From Octopus vulgaris (taxonomy: Eukaryota), in assembly GCA_951406725.2 (NCBI GenBank), contig OX597830.1, forward strand, positions 22,816,001 to 22,880,000: a stretch of 64,000 bases of DNA. The letters are read 5' to 3'. The notes under the pieces are model-generated. The model searched no databases and was not told the DNA's origin. It saw only the letters and a list, made by a program, of their open reading frames with translations. Positions 27,972 through 40,995 of the stretch are shown piece by piece (the stretch's first letter is position 1; each line of letters opens with the position of its first letter). The translations under genes and the position numbers were made by a program.

Positions 27972-28140
27972 TTGGGTCATCCAATGAATGATACGGCTTT
28001 ATTTATTATTCTTTTAATTTTCAAAATTAAAAGAAACAAAGTTCTTTTTGAATCTAAAAATATACTCTCCTTCATTTTCTACAATCGTCTTCCATCTATC
28101 TGTTAGACTTGCTAAGTCCCTCTTCCAAAATTCGCGGTCA
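27972..28140 (-). mobile_element. 3' end of the mariner family seen at 52251-53175
   Basis: TIR TTGGGTCATCC and the reverse complement of ...DRWKTIVENEGEYI. Confidence 0.8.
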
Positions 28141-28500
28141 AAAATATCGTCTGGTGACCGAAAAACTCCGATCGCGAATATAAGCAGCCAAAACGGGGTT
28201 TCCGTCGAATGGTAGCTGGAGTAGCGTCACCCAAGCAGGGTGCGTATCTCGTCGCTCCAGGTCGAGCCACAATTTCTGCACAATTGAGAGGACGCAGCTC
28301 TTGGCTCTTGATTTTTCGTACATGTGGTTAAAATGGCCGTGAAAAGATTCACAAGATAGATTGGTCGGGCAAAATTAAGCGGTAGGAAACCAAGAAGAAG
28401 ATCACCACCAGATGGTGGGATGATATCCATAGCATCGGTTGGTCTCTTTGCAGATGGCTTCTTCCGATGTAACACTTCGGAGGACTCTGCAGCATCGACT
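28140..28500 (-). mobile_element. Degenerate non-LTR reverse transcriptase fragment
   Basis: DIIPPSGG...FARPIYLV (RPISL-like) is followed by LWLDLERRDTH...L...G...AYIRDRSFSV (DlskAFD..H...yL.dR.f.V-like). Confidence 0.45.
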
Positions 28501-28549
28501 CTCAGTTGGTGATGAATATACGATAGCTCATTAGCTCCTACACGCATTT

Positions 28550-28719
28550 TTTTCTCTCCTTGTTTCTCTCCTTGTTTTTTTTCTGTGTATCTTTCTGTCG
28601 AAGAGCGTAGGCTCGAAACATAAAAGACTTTTTCTATTTCTATTCCCGAGCGCTTTACTAATACATTTGTTTGTACTCCACCTGCCTTCGTCTTTTGTTT
28701 ATTTTCGTAAATCTTTCCG

Positions 28720-28786
<67 letters not shown>

Positions 28787-28965
28787 GGGAGAGTATATAC
28801 ATATATATACATATAGGGAGAGTTTACGAAAAAAATAAAAGACGAAAACAGGTGGTGTACACGACAAACAGATGTATTAGTATAACGCTCAGGAATAGAA
28901 AAAGTCTTTTACTTTTCGAGCCTACGCTCTTCTACGGAAAGGGACACAGAAAAATCAAGGAGAGA
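28550..28965. mobile_element. Two Penelope-type terminal remnants facing each other across (TA)n, each with a minimal HHR-like motif (28590-28627 +, 28905-28943 -)
   Basis: TCTTT-CTGTCGA-AGAGC-GTAG-GCTC-GAAAC-ATA-AAAGA and its diverged reverse-complement copy. Confidence 0.65.
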
Positions 28966-29049
28966 AAAAAAGGAGAGAAAAAAGGAGAGAGAAAAAAGGA
29001 GAAAGACAAGGAGAGAAAAAAAGGAGAGAAAATGTATAAATTTAAATAT

Positions 29050-29340
29050 ATATATAAATTAGGAAAGAACCACCTTTTATCAATTCAACAATGAAATAAC
29101 AATGATATAATTAAATTATATCTTATAGAAAAAGCTAAAAAATATATAATTGGTAAAAGGACTACACGTGTGGTACTTTTATCAATTATATACTTTTTAT
29201 TTATTATTTTATATTTTACTTAATTATTGGTATATGTTTTTATTGTATATCTAATTTTTTTCTATATGGTATAATTTAATTATATCATTGTTATTTCATT
29301 GTTGAATTGATAAAAGGTGGTTCTTTTCTAAATTATATAC
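29050..29340. repeat. AT-rich inverted repeat with ~85-bp arms
   Basis: AAAGAACCACCTTTTATCAATTCAACAATGAAATAACAATGATATAATTAAATTATA pairs with its reverse complement at about 29270-29330. Confidence 0.85.
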
Positions 29341-29416
29341 ATATACTATATAATGTGAAATTTGATTTAGTATTACTAAATTGAATTTTTCCCTGTAAGT
29401 TTGGAATAATATTCCC

Positions 29417-29480
<64 letters not shown>

Positions 29481-29529
29481 ATTATATTTGTGTGTTTGTA
29501 TTAGTGTTCTGCTTGCTTATAACCAGAAA

Positions 29530-29653
29530 TGACTCCGACGAAAGTTGCATTAATTCTCTAGATCTTTAAAATTTTCCCAGCCTATCAATGGGCCGACTGA
29601 GTAAACCAATCAATAACGAACCTATAAATATAACTGGAAACAGCCGTAAGTCA
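29530..29653 (+). ncRNA. Degenerate type I hammerhead-ribozyme-like motif with a long stem II loop
   Basis: TGACT-CCGACGA-AAGTT...AACTG-GAAAC-AGCC-GTA-AGTCA. Stems I and II are complementary and the core has a U4C change. Confidence 0.5.
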
Positions 29654-30400
29654 AGTTTACTACAATATGAAAAAGAAAAATATGTAATGATCTATATTTA
29701 TAGGATGTCTCTCAACAATTATTTGACCTTTTCAGTGATAGACATCAAGCGGCTGGAATTAGCAGTAACTGCTGCGCAAGCGATATATATATAGGAATAC
29801 AGAGACAAAGCAAAAGCTGATGTCGCTAAAAGCCAGTAGGCTGATTGAAAAAGTAAATTGAGCGACAGGAGTAGTTTTAATACCATACAAAACTGAATTC
29901 GCGTGATCTGGTAGTCCGAACGGCGGAAGTAGCGCTGATTGTCTGTCGCTGACAATAGCTATGATATACTTCTATGCACCAAATAAGCACATGAGAGTTT
30001 CTTCTCTTGGTTCATATTGCTCTATATGTGTGTTCTAATGCAACATCAACTTTTAAGTGGCGAATATACATACATACATGCACATACACACACATACATA
30101 CATGCATGCATACATACATACATACATACATACATACATACATACATACATACATACATACATACATACATACATGCATACATACATATATGCACACACA
30201 CACAAAAACACACACATACACACATATATGTATCTATATAGGGGCAAGTGCGGCTGTGTGATAAAAAGCTTGCTTCCGAAATACAAGGTTCCGGGTTCAG
30301 TCCCACTGCATGGCACTTTTGGCAAGTGTTTTCTACTATAGCCTCGGGCTGACCAAAGCCTTGTGAGTGGATTTGGTAGACGGAAACTGAAAGAAGCCCG

Positions 30401-30464
<64 letters not shown>

Positions 30465-30650
30465 ACCGTTGGCGATTTTTTTCCTCTGTCTTCCCTTCTC
30501 TGGATCTTTCCTTCTCCTATGTTTCCGACGAAGAGCTCCGCTCGAAACGTTATGGCCTCCTTCTTTCCTTCTTTCCTGAGCGTCCAATAATACTATATTT
30601 GTTCCACGTCCTCGCGTTGTTGTGTTTTTTTGTGCTTTCTTGTTTGGATT
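30465..30650 (+). mobile_element. Penelope-type terminal remnant with a minimal HHR-like motif (30521-30555), following the microsatellite of a SINE-A 5' half
   Basis: CCGACGA-AGAGC-TCC-GCTC-GAAAC-GTT, flanked by (TA)n. Confidence 0.55.
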
Positions 30651-30651
30651 A

Positions 30652-31250
<599 letters not shown>

Positions 31251-31714
31251 AGGGTAATATTCTCTGTGGACGCACAAAAGCATTTTTCAGAGTTATTTAC
31301 TTTGTATTGTTATTATCTCTTACCTGATTAGCCTCTTTTGAACGTTTAATAAATATGCTTTCTACTGAAACTGTCGGATAATTCTTCAGATTAATACAAA
31401 ATTAAAAACAAACATATATAAACATTTGTATAAACATAAAAACGAACGTATAGACAATATTTCTACTTCGTAGGTTTATGCATGTATGTATGTATGTATG
31501 TATGTATGTATGTATGTATGTATGTATGTATGTATGTATGTATGTATGTATGTATGTATGTTTGTATGTATCCCCCCCTCTCTCTCTCGATGCTAGATAG
31601 GTCGTGACAATTGTAGTGATCAATAAACATTCTCGTATCTTCCATCTTCCGTCTCTCTCATTAATGAAATATATATATATATATATATATATATAAACAC
31701 ACACGCACGCACAT

Positions 31715-31764
<50 letters not shown>

Positions 31765-32237
31765 AAAAGAATGCAAAAAATAGGACAAGAACGCGACAGG
31801 CGACAACAAGACATCCAGACACTTAGATGATACAAAAAGGGACAAGTAAAAACAAGGATGGGTCATTCGGAGTTTTCTTTCGTCAGTCGAGTTCAAGATT
31901 ATCATTGCAGTTTCGGCTAGTCATACTCAAGACTGCTCCAATGTGGCCAGCCCCAAGGAAAATCTAAACTATAATCACTAGATTCCTTGGAAGAGAGCAG
32001 CGAATGTATACGAAAACAAGGAGGAAAAAAATGGAGAAATGGTACTAGGTGTCTTTCGACTAAGGACGAATTAAATTAAGCTGGCGTGTGTGGAAGTGAA
32101 GCCTTACGGCAGGGACATAAGGGATGACAGGCATGGAAGAATATAGATGTTGCACGGATGGTAGTCGAACCAAGACAGGAAGGTCAGGCTTGGCTGAACA
32201 CTGATCACCTGGAAGGAGAGGAGATAGGTAGAGGCAG

Positions 32238-32279
<42 letters not shown>

Positions 32280-32725
32280 ACTATTATTAATCAAAGGACA
32301 TACTAAGTATGTCTACCTGCTGGAAATAACAGTCAAAACTCTTATTTAAATCGCCAAAAATACACTGATGATAACTACAGAAATCAACCGAAGGAAGATC
32401 AGGTTAAAATTATACATACATACATACATATATACATACACATAGAGGCGCGCGCACACACACACACACACGCGCCGGCACACAAACGCACACAGACATG
32501 CACACACACACATACACACGCACATGCACACGCGCGCGCGCACTCACAAACATACATCAAGCTACATACATATACATATATACGTAGAAAGTTGTCAAAA
32601 ATCTATTTCTCGTGACAACACACAGACACCTATTCCAATAACCGAACTTGAAATAATTATTTTAAAAAAACAAAACAAAAAGCCATCGAAATAACTAACA
32701 ATCACATAAAACAAGGCGCATACAC

Positions 32726-32797
<72 letters not shown>

Positions 32798-32937
32798 ACA
32801 CACAAGAAAAAACAAAAAAAAGAAACAAAAAGCTCTTGAATATTTCCTTCTCTCTCTCTCTCTTTCTCTCTTTCACCGAAGTGGTGAGATGACGTCAATA
32901 GATATACTGTGTCGAGTGTTATATTGTATAATTAAAA

Positions 32938-33528
32938 AAGGCGGTGAGCTGGCAAAACCGCTAGCACCCCGGATAAAATGCTTAGCGGCTTTTCGTCCGT
33001 CATTACGTTCTGAGTTCAAATTCCGCCGAGTCAACTCTGCCTTTCATTCCTTTCGGGGTCGATAAAATAAGTACCAGTTGAGCACCGGGGTCGATGTAAC
33101 CTATTTCTTTACTACCCACAAGGGGCTAAACATAGAGGGGACAAACAAGTACGGACAAACGGATTAAGTCAATTACATCGACCCCAGTGCGTCACTGGTA
33201 CTTAATTTATCGACCCCGAAAGGATGAAAGGCAAAGTCGACCTCGGTGGAATTTGAACTCAGAACGTAACGGCAGACGAAATACCTATTTCTTTACTACC
33301 CACAAGGGGCTAAACATAGAGGGGACAAACAAGGACGGACAAACGGATTAAGTCAATTACATCGACCCCAGTGCGTCACTGGTACTTAATTTATCGACCC
33401 CGAAAGGATGAAAGGCAAAGTCGACCTCGGCGGAATTTGAACTCAGAACGTAACGGCAGACGAAATACGGTTACGCATTTCGTTCGGCGTGCTAACTTTT
33501 CTGCCAGCTCGCCGCCATCGATGTAACC
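32938..33528. mobile_element. SINE-B (+) interrupted by an antisense SINE-B dimer (33102-33517)
   Basis: 11-bp TSD TCGATGTAACC at 33091-33101 and 33518-33528. Confidence 0.9.
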
Positions 33529-33588
33529 GGTTAACACTCTCTGTCCTTCCGTCCATCCGTTTGTCTTGTCTGTCTGTCAGTCACTATC

Positions 33589-33619
<31 letters not shown>

Positions 33620-34811
33620 AAGAAAATTACTGGCATTTGCCAAAATTTGAAGTCGTAATTAGAAGAAAGGCGGCGAGTCGGCAAAACCATTAGCACGTTG
33701 GCCAAGAGGCTTAGTTCCTTTACGTCAACCCGAAACCATGTGGTTGGGAAACAAACTTCCTACCACACAGCTACGCTTAACTCTCTCTCCCAATAACGTC
33801 TCCCTTAGATACGAGGTCCCAGAATTAAAAGAGCCTACTGAGGATTTTCCAACAGCATTTCTAAATTTAATGCCTATACAAGTTAGAATTATTTCTCAGT
33901 GGTGAATTTCAGATATCTAAATAACAGGAAATTTATTCTTCAGTGTAAGTATGGGTTGCCTGCAATTGTAGACCAGTCAGGATATACTGTATAAAATGCA
34001 TTGTTTCTCTAAGAAAAAAAACAACAACTCAAATAACCTCCTTGGATTCTATTTGTGAAGTTGAGCCTATATTACAGTTGGGCCTCTAGTTTTAGAGATG
34101 AGATTAAGTATATTTCCGACTCTAACCCCACAGAGAGGATACGCCACCGTAAAAATCATATGGTTTACACTTCCATTTTCCCTGATCGTAAAATTCTGTG
34201 TGAGCGAGACCTTTTCGTTTCATCGTTATACAATTTCCCAAAACGAATAGATATAGAAAAAATATTTAATAGATACGGTAGCCTCTTTTAGCTGTTCTCT
34301 TGGCATGAAGAAATTATCAGCAATAGACCCAAACCTGAAGCAAGGCAGACTGTTCATGCAGAACCACGCCACATGTCCACATAATGAATATTGCAGTACA
34401 GAAATGCTCTAAAAACATTTTTCTCTTGAATATGCACTGCTGAAATTTGGGTGTGTTTAATATGCTTGTGCGTGTTTTATGCTATCAAATACGATCAGTT
34501 CTTTGGCAACAAACTAAACGCTTGCTGGTGTAGGCCGCTAAGCTATTTGCAAAACCTTTCGAGATTTTGATAGATTTAACTGCTAAAAAAGAAAATAGTT
34601 GCTTTTTTAATAGTATAATTAATACAAATGTTGAATTGGAGTTAAGTAATTTAGTTAACTAAATTATTAAAAGTATTTCATTGCATTCCTCTGCGGTCTG
34701 AATACAGTTCTTGTTTTGCTCTTAATTGTAGTGGTGGTGGTAGTGGTAATGATGGCGTCAGTAAATTAAATAGCAGACATACTGTGGTTTTTGTAGTTAG
34801 AAAACCATGTA

Positions 34812-35722
34812 TAGGTGCAGGCATTGCTGTGGTTAAGAAGCTCGATTTACAGCTACGTAGTTTCAAGTTCAGTCCTGTTGTGTGGCATCTTGGGCAAGTG
34901 TCTTCTACAATAGCCCCAGATCTACCAATGCTACGTGGATGAATTTGATAGACGGAAACTGCGTGGAAGGCAGTCGTGTATATACGTGTGTGTGTGAGTC
35001 TTTGCGCTTGTGTTTAACTGTCCCACTTGACAATCGGTGTTGGTTTGTTTACTTCCACGTAACTTAACGGCTCGGCGAAAACGACCGATAGAGTAAGTAA
35101 CCAGACTACAAAAGCAAGCATTGGGTCGATATGTTCGAAAGACCGTTCAAGGCAGTGCTTCAGCATGACTGCATTCCAATAACTGCAACAAGTAAAGGTT
35201 AGCCGTCACTCGCAAGCGAGTATGATCTGTTTCGATAGTTGTCTTAGGTGCCTATGTAATCGCAAGCGGACGCCGACACTCTCTCAACCCTACTATGCCT
35301 TACTCAGTTGGAGGGAGTGACGGTTGCGCTACCAATCGGTTGAGTACACCGAAGCCACGTAAACTGAGTTGCCTTATTCGTGAACACAACACGCTGTCGC
35401 CCATTTCACTTATTCTTTGTCAGCCTAGTACTTTTTCTATCGGTCTCTTTTGCCGAACCGCTAAGTTACGGGGACGTAAACACATCAGCATCGGTTGTAA
35501 AGTGATGTTGGCAGACGAACACAGACACACAAACACACACACACACATATACATACATATACATGTATACGACGGGCTTCTTTCAGTTTCCGTCCACCAA
35601 ATCCACTCACAAGGCTTTGGTCGGCCCGAGGCTATAGTAGAAGCCACTTGCCCAAGGTGCCACGCAGTGGCAATGAACCCGGAACCATGTGATTGGTAAG
35701 CAAGCTACTTACCACACAGCCA
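34812..35722. mobile_element. Two SINE-A copies in inverted orientation (34812-35195 +, 35405-35722 -)
   Basis: Family consensus match. Confidence 0.8.
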
Positions 35723-35757
35723 TATACATACATACATACATACATACATACATACAT

Positions 35758-35824
<67 letters not shown>

Positions 35825-35950
35825 GGTCCCGGGTTGATTCGGGGTTAACCACAGTAAATAAGGTACTCAATACATAGCAGAGTAAAATTAATTTATTATA
35901 TAGAAGGAGCTTCTACAGGACTAGAACTGTTTCATTCAAGAGAAATCATC

Positions 35951-36007
35951 AGGAGCTTCCTGATGATTTCTCTTGCATGAAACAGTTCTAGTCCTGTAGA
36001 AGCTCCT
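35951..36007 (+). ncRNA. Type I hammerhead ribozyme candidate within a ~125-bp palindrome
   Basis: AGGAGCTTC-CTGATGA-TTTCTCTTGCAT-GAAACAG-TTCTAGTC-CT-GTA-GAAGCTCCT gives a 9-bp stem I, an intact CUGAUGA/GAAA core, a 4-bp stem III and a GUA cleavage triplet. Stem II is weak. Confidence 0.7.
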
Positions 36008-36009
36008 TC

Positions 36010-36093
<84 letters not shown>

Positions 36094-36529
36094 GTACGCA
36101 TGTCTCATACATATCTATTTGTCGAATCTTCAACAATCAAAGCTTAAGTCTGTCATATACTAATTTCTTGTCGTCTCAGTAAAAACAAATATCTTAATGT
36201 ACAACACACATGCTGTCTGTAATCTCTTAGTGACGTTAATCTTTTGAAATAAACCATAATCTTCGTTTTTTCTTTTTCTTGCACTCGCCTGTCTGTTTAC
36301 TTGACAATAGTAACCTTTTTACGTTTATGAGGAGAGCCAATAGTACAGGTGACTTGACAGACGCTTTGTCATTTCCTTGAGATTTCTAAGAGTGCGTAGA
36401 TCTCCACAGTGACTGCAACGTGTGTTTTTTTTTTTTTTTTTTGCTGACGAGGATAGTTACAGTAGTCGTAGTGGTGATAGTGGTGATAACGATGTTGCTG
36501 TTGCTAATATTTATATGGATGCTAATGCT

Positions 36530-37350
36530 ACAAGCTAGCGGAATCGTTAGCACGCCGGGCGAAATGTTTAGCGGTATTTCGTCTGCCGTTACGTTCTGAG
36601 TTCAAATTCCGCCGAGTTCGACTTTACCTTTCATCTTTTCGGGGTCGATAAATTAAGTACCAGTTACGCACTGGGTCGATGTAATCGACTTAATACCTAT
36701 GTCTGTCCTTGTTTGTCCCCTCTGTGTTTAGCCCCTTGTGGGTAATAAAGAAATAGGTATTTCGTCTGCCGCTACGCTCTGAGTTGAAATTCCGCCGAGG
36801 TTGAATTTATCTTTCATCCTTTCAGGGTCGATAAATTAAGTACCAGTTACGCACTGGGGTCGATGTAATCGACTTAATACCTTTGCTTGTTCTTGTTTGT
36901 CCTCTCTATGTTTAGCCCCATGTGGGCAATAAATAAATAAGAATCGTTAACACGCTGTGCGAAATGCTTAGTGGTATTTCGTCTGTCTTTATGTTCTGAG
37001 TTCAAATTCCTCCGAGGTCGACTTTGCCTTTCGGGGTCAATAAAATAAATGTCAGTTAAGCACTGGAGTCGATGTAATCGACTGACCTCATCCCCCAGAA
37101 TTGCTGGCTTTGTACCAAAATTTGAAACTGATATTTGTAAGGTTCCTAAGGTGACGAACTGGCAGAATCGTTAATACGTCTGGTTAAATGCTTAGCGGCA
37201 TTTCGTCTGTTTTTACGTTTTGAATTCAAATTCGGCCGAGGTCGACTTTGTCTTTCATCTTTTCAGGGTTGATGAAATATGTACCAGTTATGCTCTGAGG
37301 TCGATGTAATCGACTTACCCCCTCTGCCGAAACTGTTGGCCTTGTGCCAA
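36530..37350 (+). mobile_element. Tandem SINE-B cluster (about four body units)
   Basis: Repeated GAGTTCAAATTCCGCCGAGGTCGACTTT...GGGGTCGAT units. Confidence 0.85.
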
Positions 37351-38029
37351 AATTTGAATCCAAAATTTGTAGGGTCGCTGATGTTTGTGCTGGTTGTGCG
37401 TGTTTTGGGATGTCATTAGCGGTGTTCAATCTGTTGTAGGTATTCAAGCCAGTTCTCTGGTTTCGGAGACCCTGGGAAGAGGTGAAAAAGCCTGAAAAGG
37501 GCTGAAAAGATGTGCACTGTGACCCTATCTCCTCTAAACCACTAATGAAACAAAAGTAAGCAGGGTAATGCTGACGGTGATGGAGACGATGTGGGTGACG
37601 GTTATGGTGGCGGCTGTAATGGCGATGGTGTTATTGCGGATGTTGTCGCTTAGTTCTTGGTCAGCCCTGTTCCTGCAAGCCTATGATCATAAACTTACCA
37701 TTCATGACATCCCCATCTTCAGTTTTTCACAGATATGAAAGAAGCCACGTATCGAAGTGATCACAGAGCAACATGAGACCAAGAACACAACGCACCATCC
37801 GCTCCTAAAGTTGAAACCACGATCTTGCGATGCGATCGTGATTGTAACATCCTAACGACTAAGCCATCAGCAGTCACTCAGGCCATATTCTCTAAACGTG
37901 CCTTACTTCAAAAAGATCTTATGGTGTGAAATGAGGAACACTTGGTTGCTATTTCTAGCAGATCACGAGACTGCATAAAGGCTCCTTCGCTGACCTGTGG
38001 TGGTGGAGGTGTTGAAGGCGGTAATGATG

Positions 38030-39020
38030 AAGCCACTGATGATGATGATTCTGCTGCTGCTGCAGTTGCAGACGACGACAGCGCCGTCGATGGTGATGTT
38101 ATGATGACGATGGATGGTGATGAGATGACGATGATAATGGTGATGATGACAATGATGGTGAGGTTGATGACGACGACGAGGATGATGACGAGGATGATGA
38201 CGACGAGGATGATGACGACGACGATGACGATGACGACGAGGATGATGACGACGATGACGATGACGACGAGGATGATGACGACGATGACGATGACGACGAC
38301 GATGATGATGACGATAGCGCTCATGAAGATGATGATGGCGACGGGGAAAAACGATGATAATGGTGATGACGGCAATGAAAGTGATGCTGAGATGGAATGT
38401 TTCAGTTCCACGTGGTCCTCTCATCATTTTAAAAGCGTCTTCTGATGTTCAGCGCATTACTTTTTTTACCGACAGAGCCATTTGCGTTGTGGAGCGGTTT
38501 TAACTGGGAATCGAAACCACCACCACCACCACCAACAACATCATCAACAACAACACTAACAAAAACAACATTACCAACACTAACACCAACACCATTAACA
38601 CCACCACCACCACTACCACTACCATTAACACCTCCACACCACTATCACCAACACCACCTCACCACAACCACCACCCACCACATCACCACCACCACCACTA
38701 CCACCACCACCACCACTACCACCGCCACCACCACTACCACCACCAACAACACCACATCACCACCACCAACACTACCACCACCACCACCACCACTACCACT
38801 ACCACCACCACTACCACTACCATCACCACCACCACCACCAACAACAACAACAAAACAACAAAAACAACACCACCACTACCATCACCACCACCACCACTAC
38901 CACCACTACCACCACTACCACCACTACCACCACTACCACCACTACCACCACCACTACCATCACTACCACCATCACCACCACCACCACCACCACCGCCGCC
39001 ACTACTACTACTACTACTAC
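38030..39020. repeat. (GAT/GAC)n and (CAC/CAA/TAC)n trinucleotide low-complexity tracts
   Basis: Direct inspection. Confidence 0.9.
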
Positions 39021-39221
39021 GTAACAATAGAGTTTTAAATAGCAAGTTTTGAATTATTTTGATTAGAAAAAAGAAGGAAACAAAACATCTCCGTGAAAAA
39101 CAGCTCAGGCTGTTGAAAAATTAGGCCAGGATGCATGTGAGTGTATATATATATCTATATGTGAATGTACGTTTACGTCACAAAAAGTTCAACGTACTCT
39201 ATCTGGTGAGAGATAAATATT

Positions 39222-39618
39222 CTTTTCTACTAGCCACAAGGTCCGAAATTTTTTGAGAGGAGGCCAGTCGATTAGACTGACTCCAGTACGTAACTGGTAC
39301 TTAATTTATAGACTCCGAAAGTATAATGAAAGGCAAAGTCGACCTCAGTAGAATTTGTACTCTGAACGTAACGGCAGACGAAATACCTATTTCTTTACTA
39401 CCCACAAGGGGCTAAACACAGAGAGGACAAACAAGGACAGACAAACAGATTAAGTCGATTATATCGACCCCAGTGCGTAACTGGTACTTATTTAATCGAT
39501 CCCGAAAGGATGAAAGGCAAAGTCGACCTCGGCGGAATTTGAACTCACAACGTAACGCAGACGAAATACCGCTTAGCATTTCGTCCGGTGAGCTAACGAT
39601 TCTGCCAGCTCGCCGTCT
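39222..39618 (-). mobile_element. SINE-B dimer with a 20-bp TSD
   Basis: TCTGGTGAGAGATAAATATT at 39202-39221 and 39619-39638. Confidence 0.92.
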
Positions 39619-40485
39619 TCTGGTGAGAGATAAATATTATAACTGAGGAAGATTTTTCGTAAGAGATGAAATGTCCATTTTTATCTATTGCGCAATTATC
39701 TTAACCGCACGTATTAAATGCATTCAAAATGTCTTTACTGGTTTAACTTCAATTTTATACGATATATGACTCAATAACCCCTGCAAGCTAACAGTCCCAA
39801 ATCCATTCACAGGGTTACGATAATAAAAATTTGGAGTCGTTTGTTCTATTCGATTAGTGTTGGAAATTCTGGCGACAGGTATCGCTTCTATACCCGTTCA
39901 CAGGCCTCTGTTGATACTTAGTGTTAATACTTGATAAGTATTCAAATTAATAACTCCAATTCTTTGTAGCAACTGGAATTGTTGAGTATATAAACAGATT
40001 GGTTGCTTGTCTCTATGGAATTGGTCAAATGATGTGGACACCTCTGACGAGAATCCGATGGGGTTCGGAAATCGATTAAAGGGTTTTTCATCGTTTATTC
40101 GCCTAAAGTATATCATATACTGTATTTATTTATGTGTGTGTGTGTGTGTGTGTGTGGCTGTGTGGTAAGTAGCTTGCTTACCAACCACTGCGTGGCACCT
40201 TGGGCAAGTGTCTTCAACTATAGCCTCGGGCCGACCAAAGTGAATTTGGTAGACGGAAACTGAAAGAAGCCCGTCGTATATATGTGTATATATATATATA
40301 TATATATTATATACATATATATATATATATATATATACGGTTTAAGTAATTGAGATTCAAGTGAATTTTAATGAATTCACATGAATATGGTCCTTAACTA
40401 GGATGCACCGGAAATCTATATGGTGTTAACCATACAACAAGTGGGGTGATTCAAATAGGAAAAAAGCAACAAGAATGGATTAAAA

Positions 40486-40573
40486 TCTCGGTACAATTGT
40501 TTCGTACGAGGACATCTTTAATAAGCTACAAAAAATGCAGTAAATACAGATGGCTCGTACTCGTCAGCCGAAA
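40486..40573 (-). ncRNA. Type I hammerhead ribozyme candidate (left-arm copy)
   Basis: Reverse complement of 40882-40969. Confidence 0.8.
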
Positions 40574-40881
40574 AAACATCAGAGAATTCCCAAACATCAA
40601 AAGGGGTAGATACAAAAGAGGGTGTAAGATTAACTGCATTGAAGAAAGTTCGATTCCTGGAGATCCGATGAAAGGTCTTAAACTTACAAAAGAGGGTGTA
40701 AGATTAACTGCATTGAAGAAAGTTCGATTCCTGGAGATCCGATGAAAGGTCCTAAACTTACAAATTCTGTAAGTTTAAGACCTTTCATCGGATCTCCAGG
40801 AATCGAACTTTCTTCAATGCAGTTAATCTTACACCCTCTTTGTATCTACCTCTTTTGATGTTTGGGAATTCTCTGATGTTT

Positions 40882-40969
40882 TTTCGGCTGACGAGTACGA
40901 GCCATCTGTATTTACTGCATTTTTTGTAGCTTATTAAAGATGTCCTCGTACGAAACAATTGTACCGAGA
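40882..40969 (+). ncRNA. Type I hammerhead ribozyme candidate (Penelope-type, palindromic stem III)
   Basis: TTTCGG-CTGACGA-GTACGAG[...]CTCGTAC-GAAAC-AATT-GTA-CCGAGA. All core nucleotides are intact, stem II has 7 bp with G10.1-C11.1, ACAATTGT is palindromic, and the cleavage site is GUA. Confidence 0.8.
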
Positions 40970-40995
40970 TTTTAAGCCATTCTTGTTGCTTTTTT

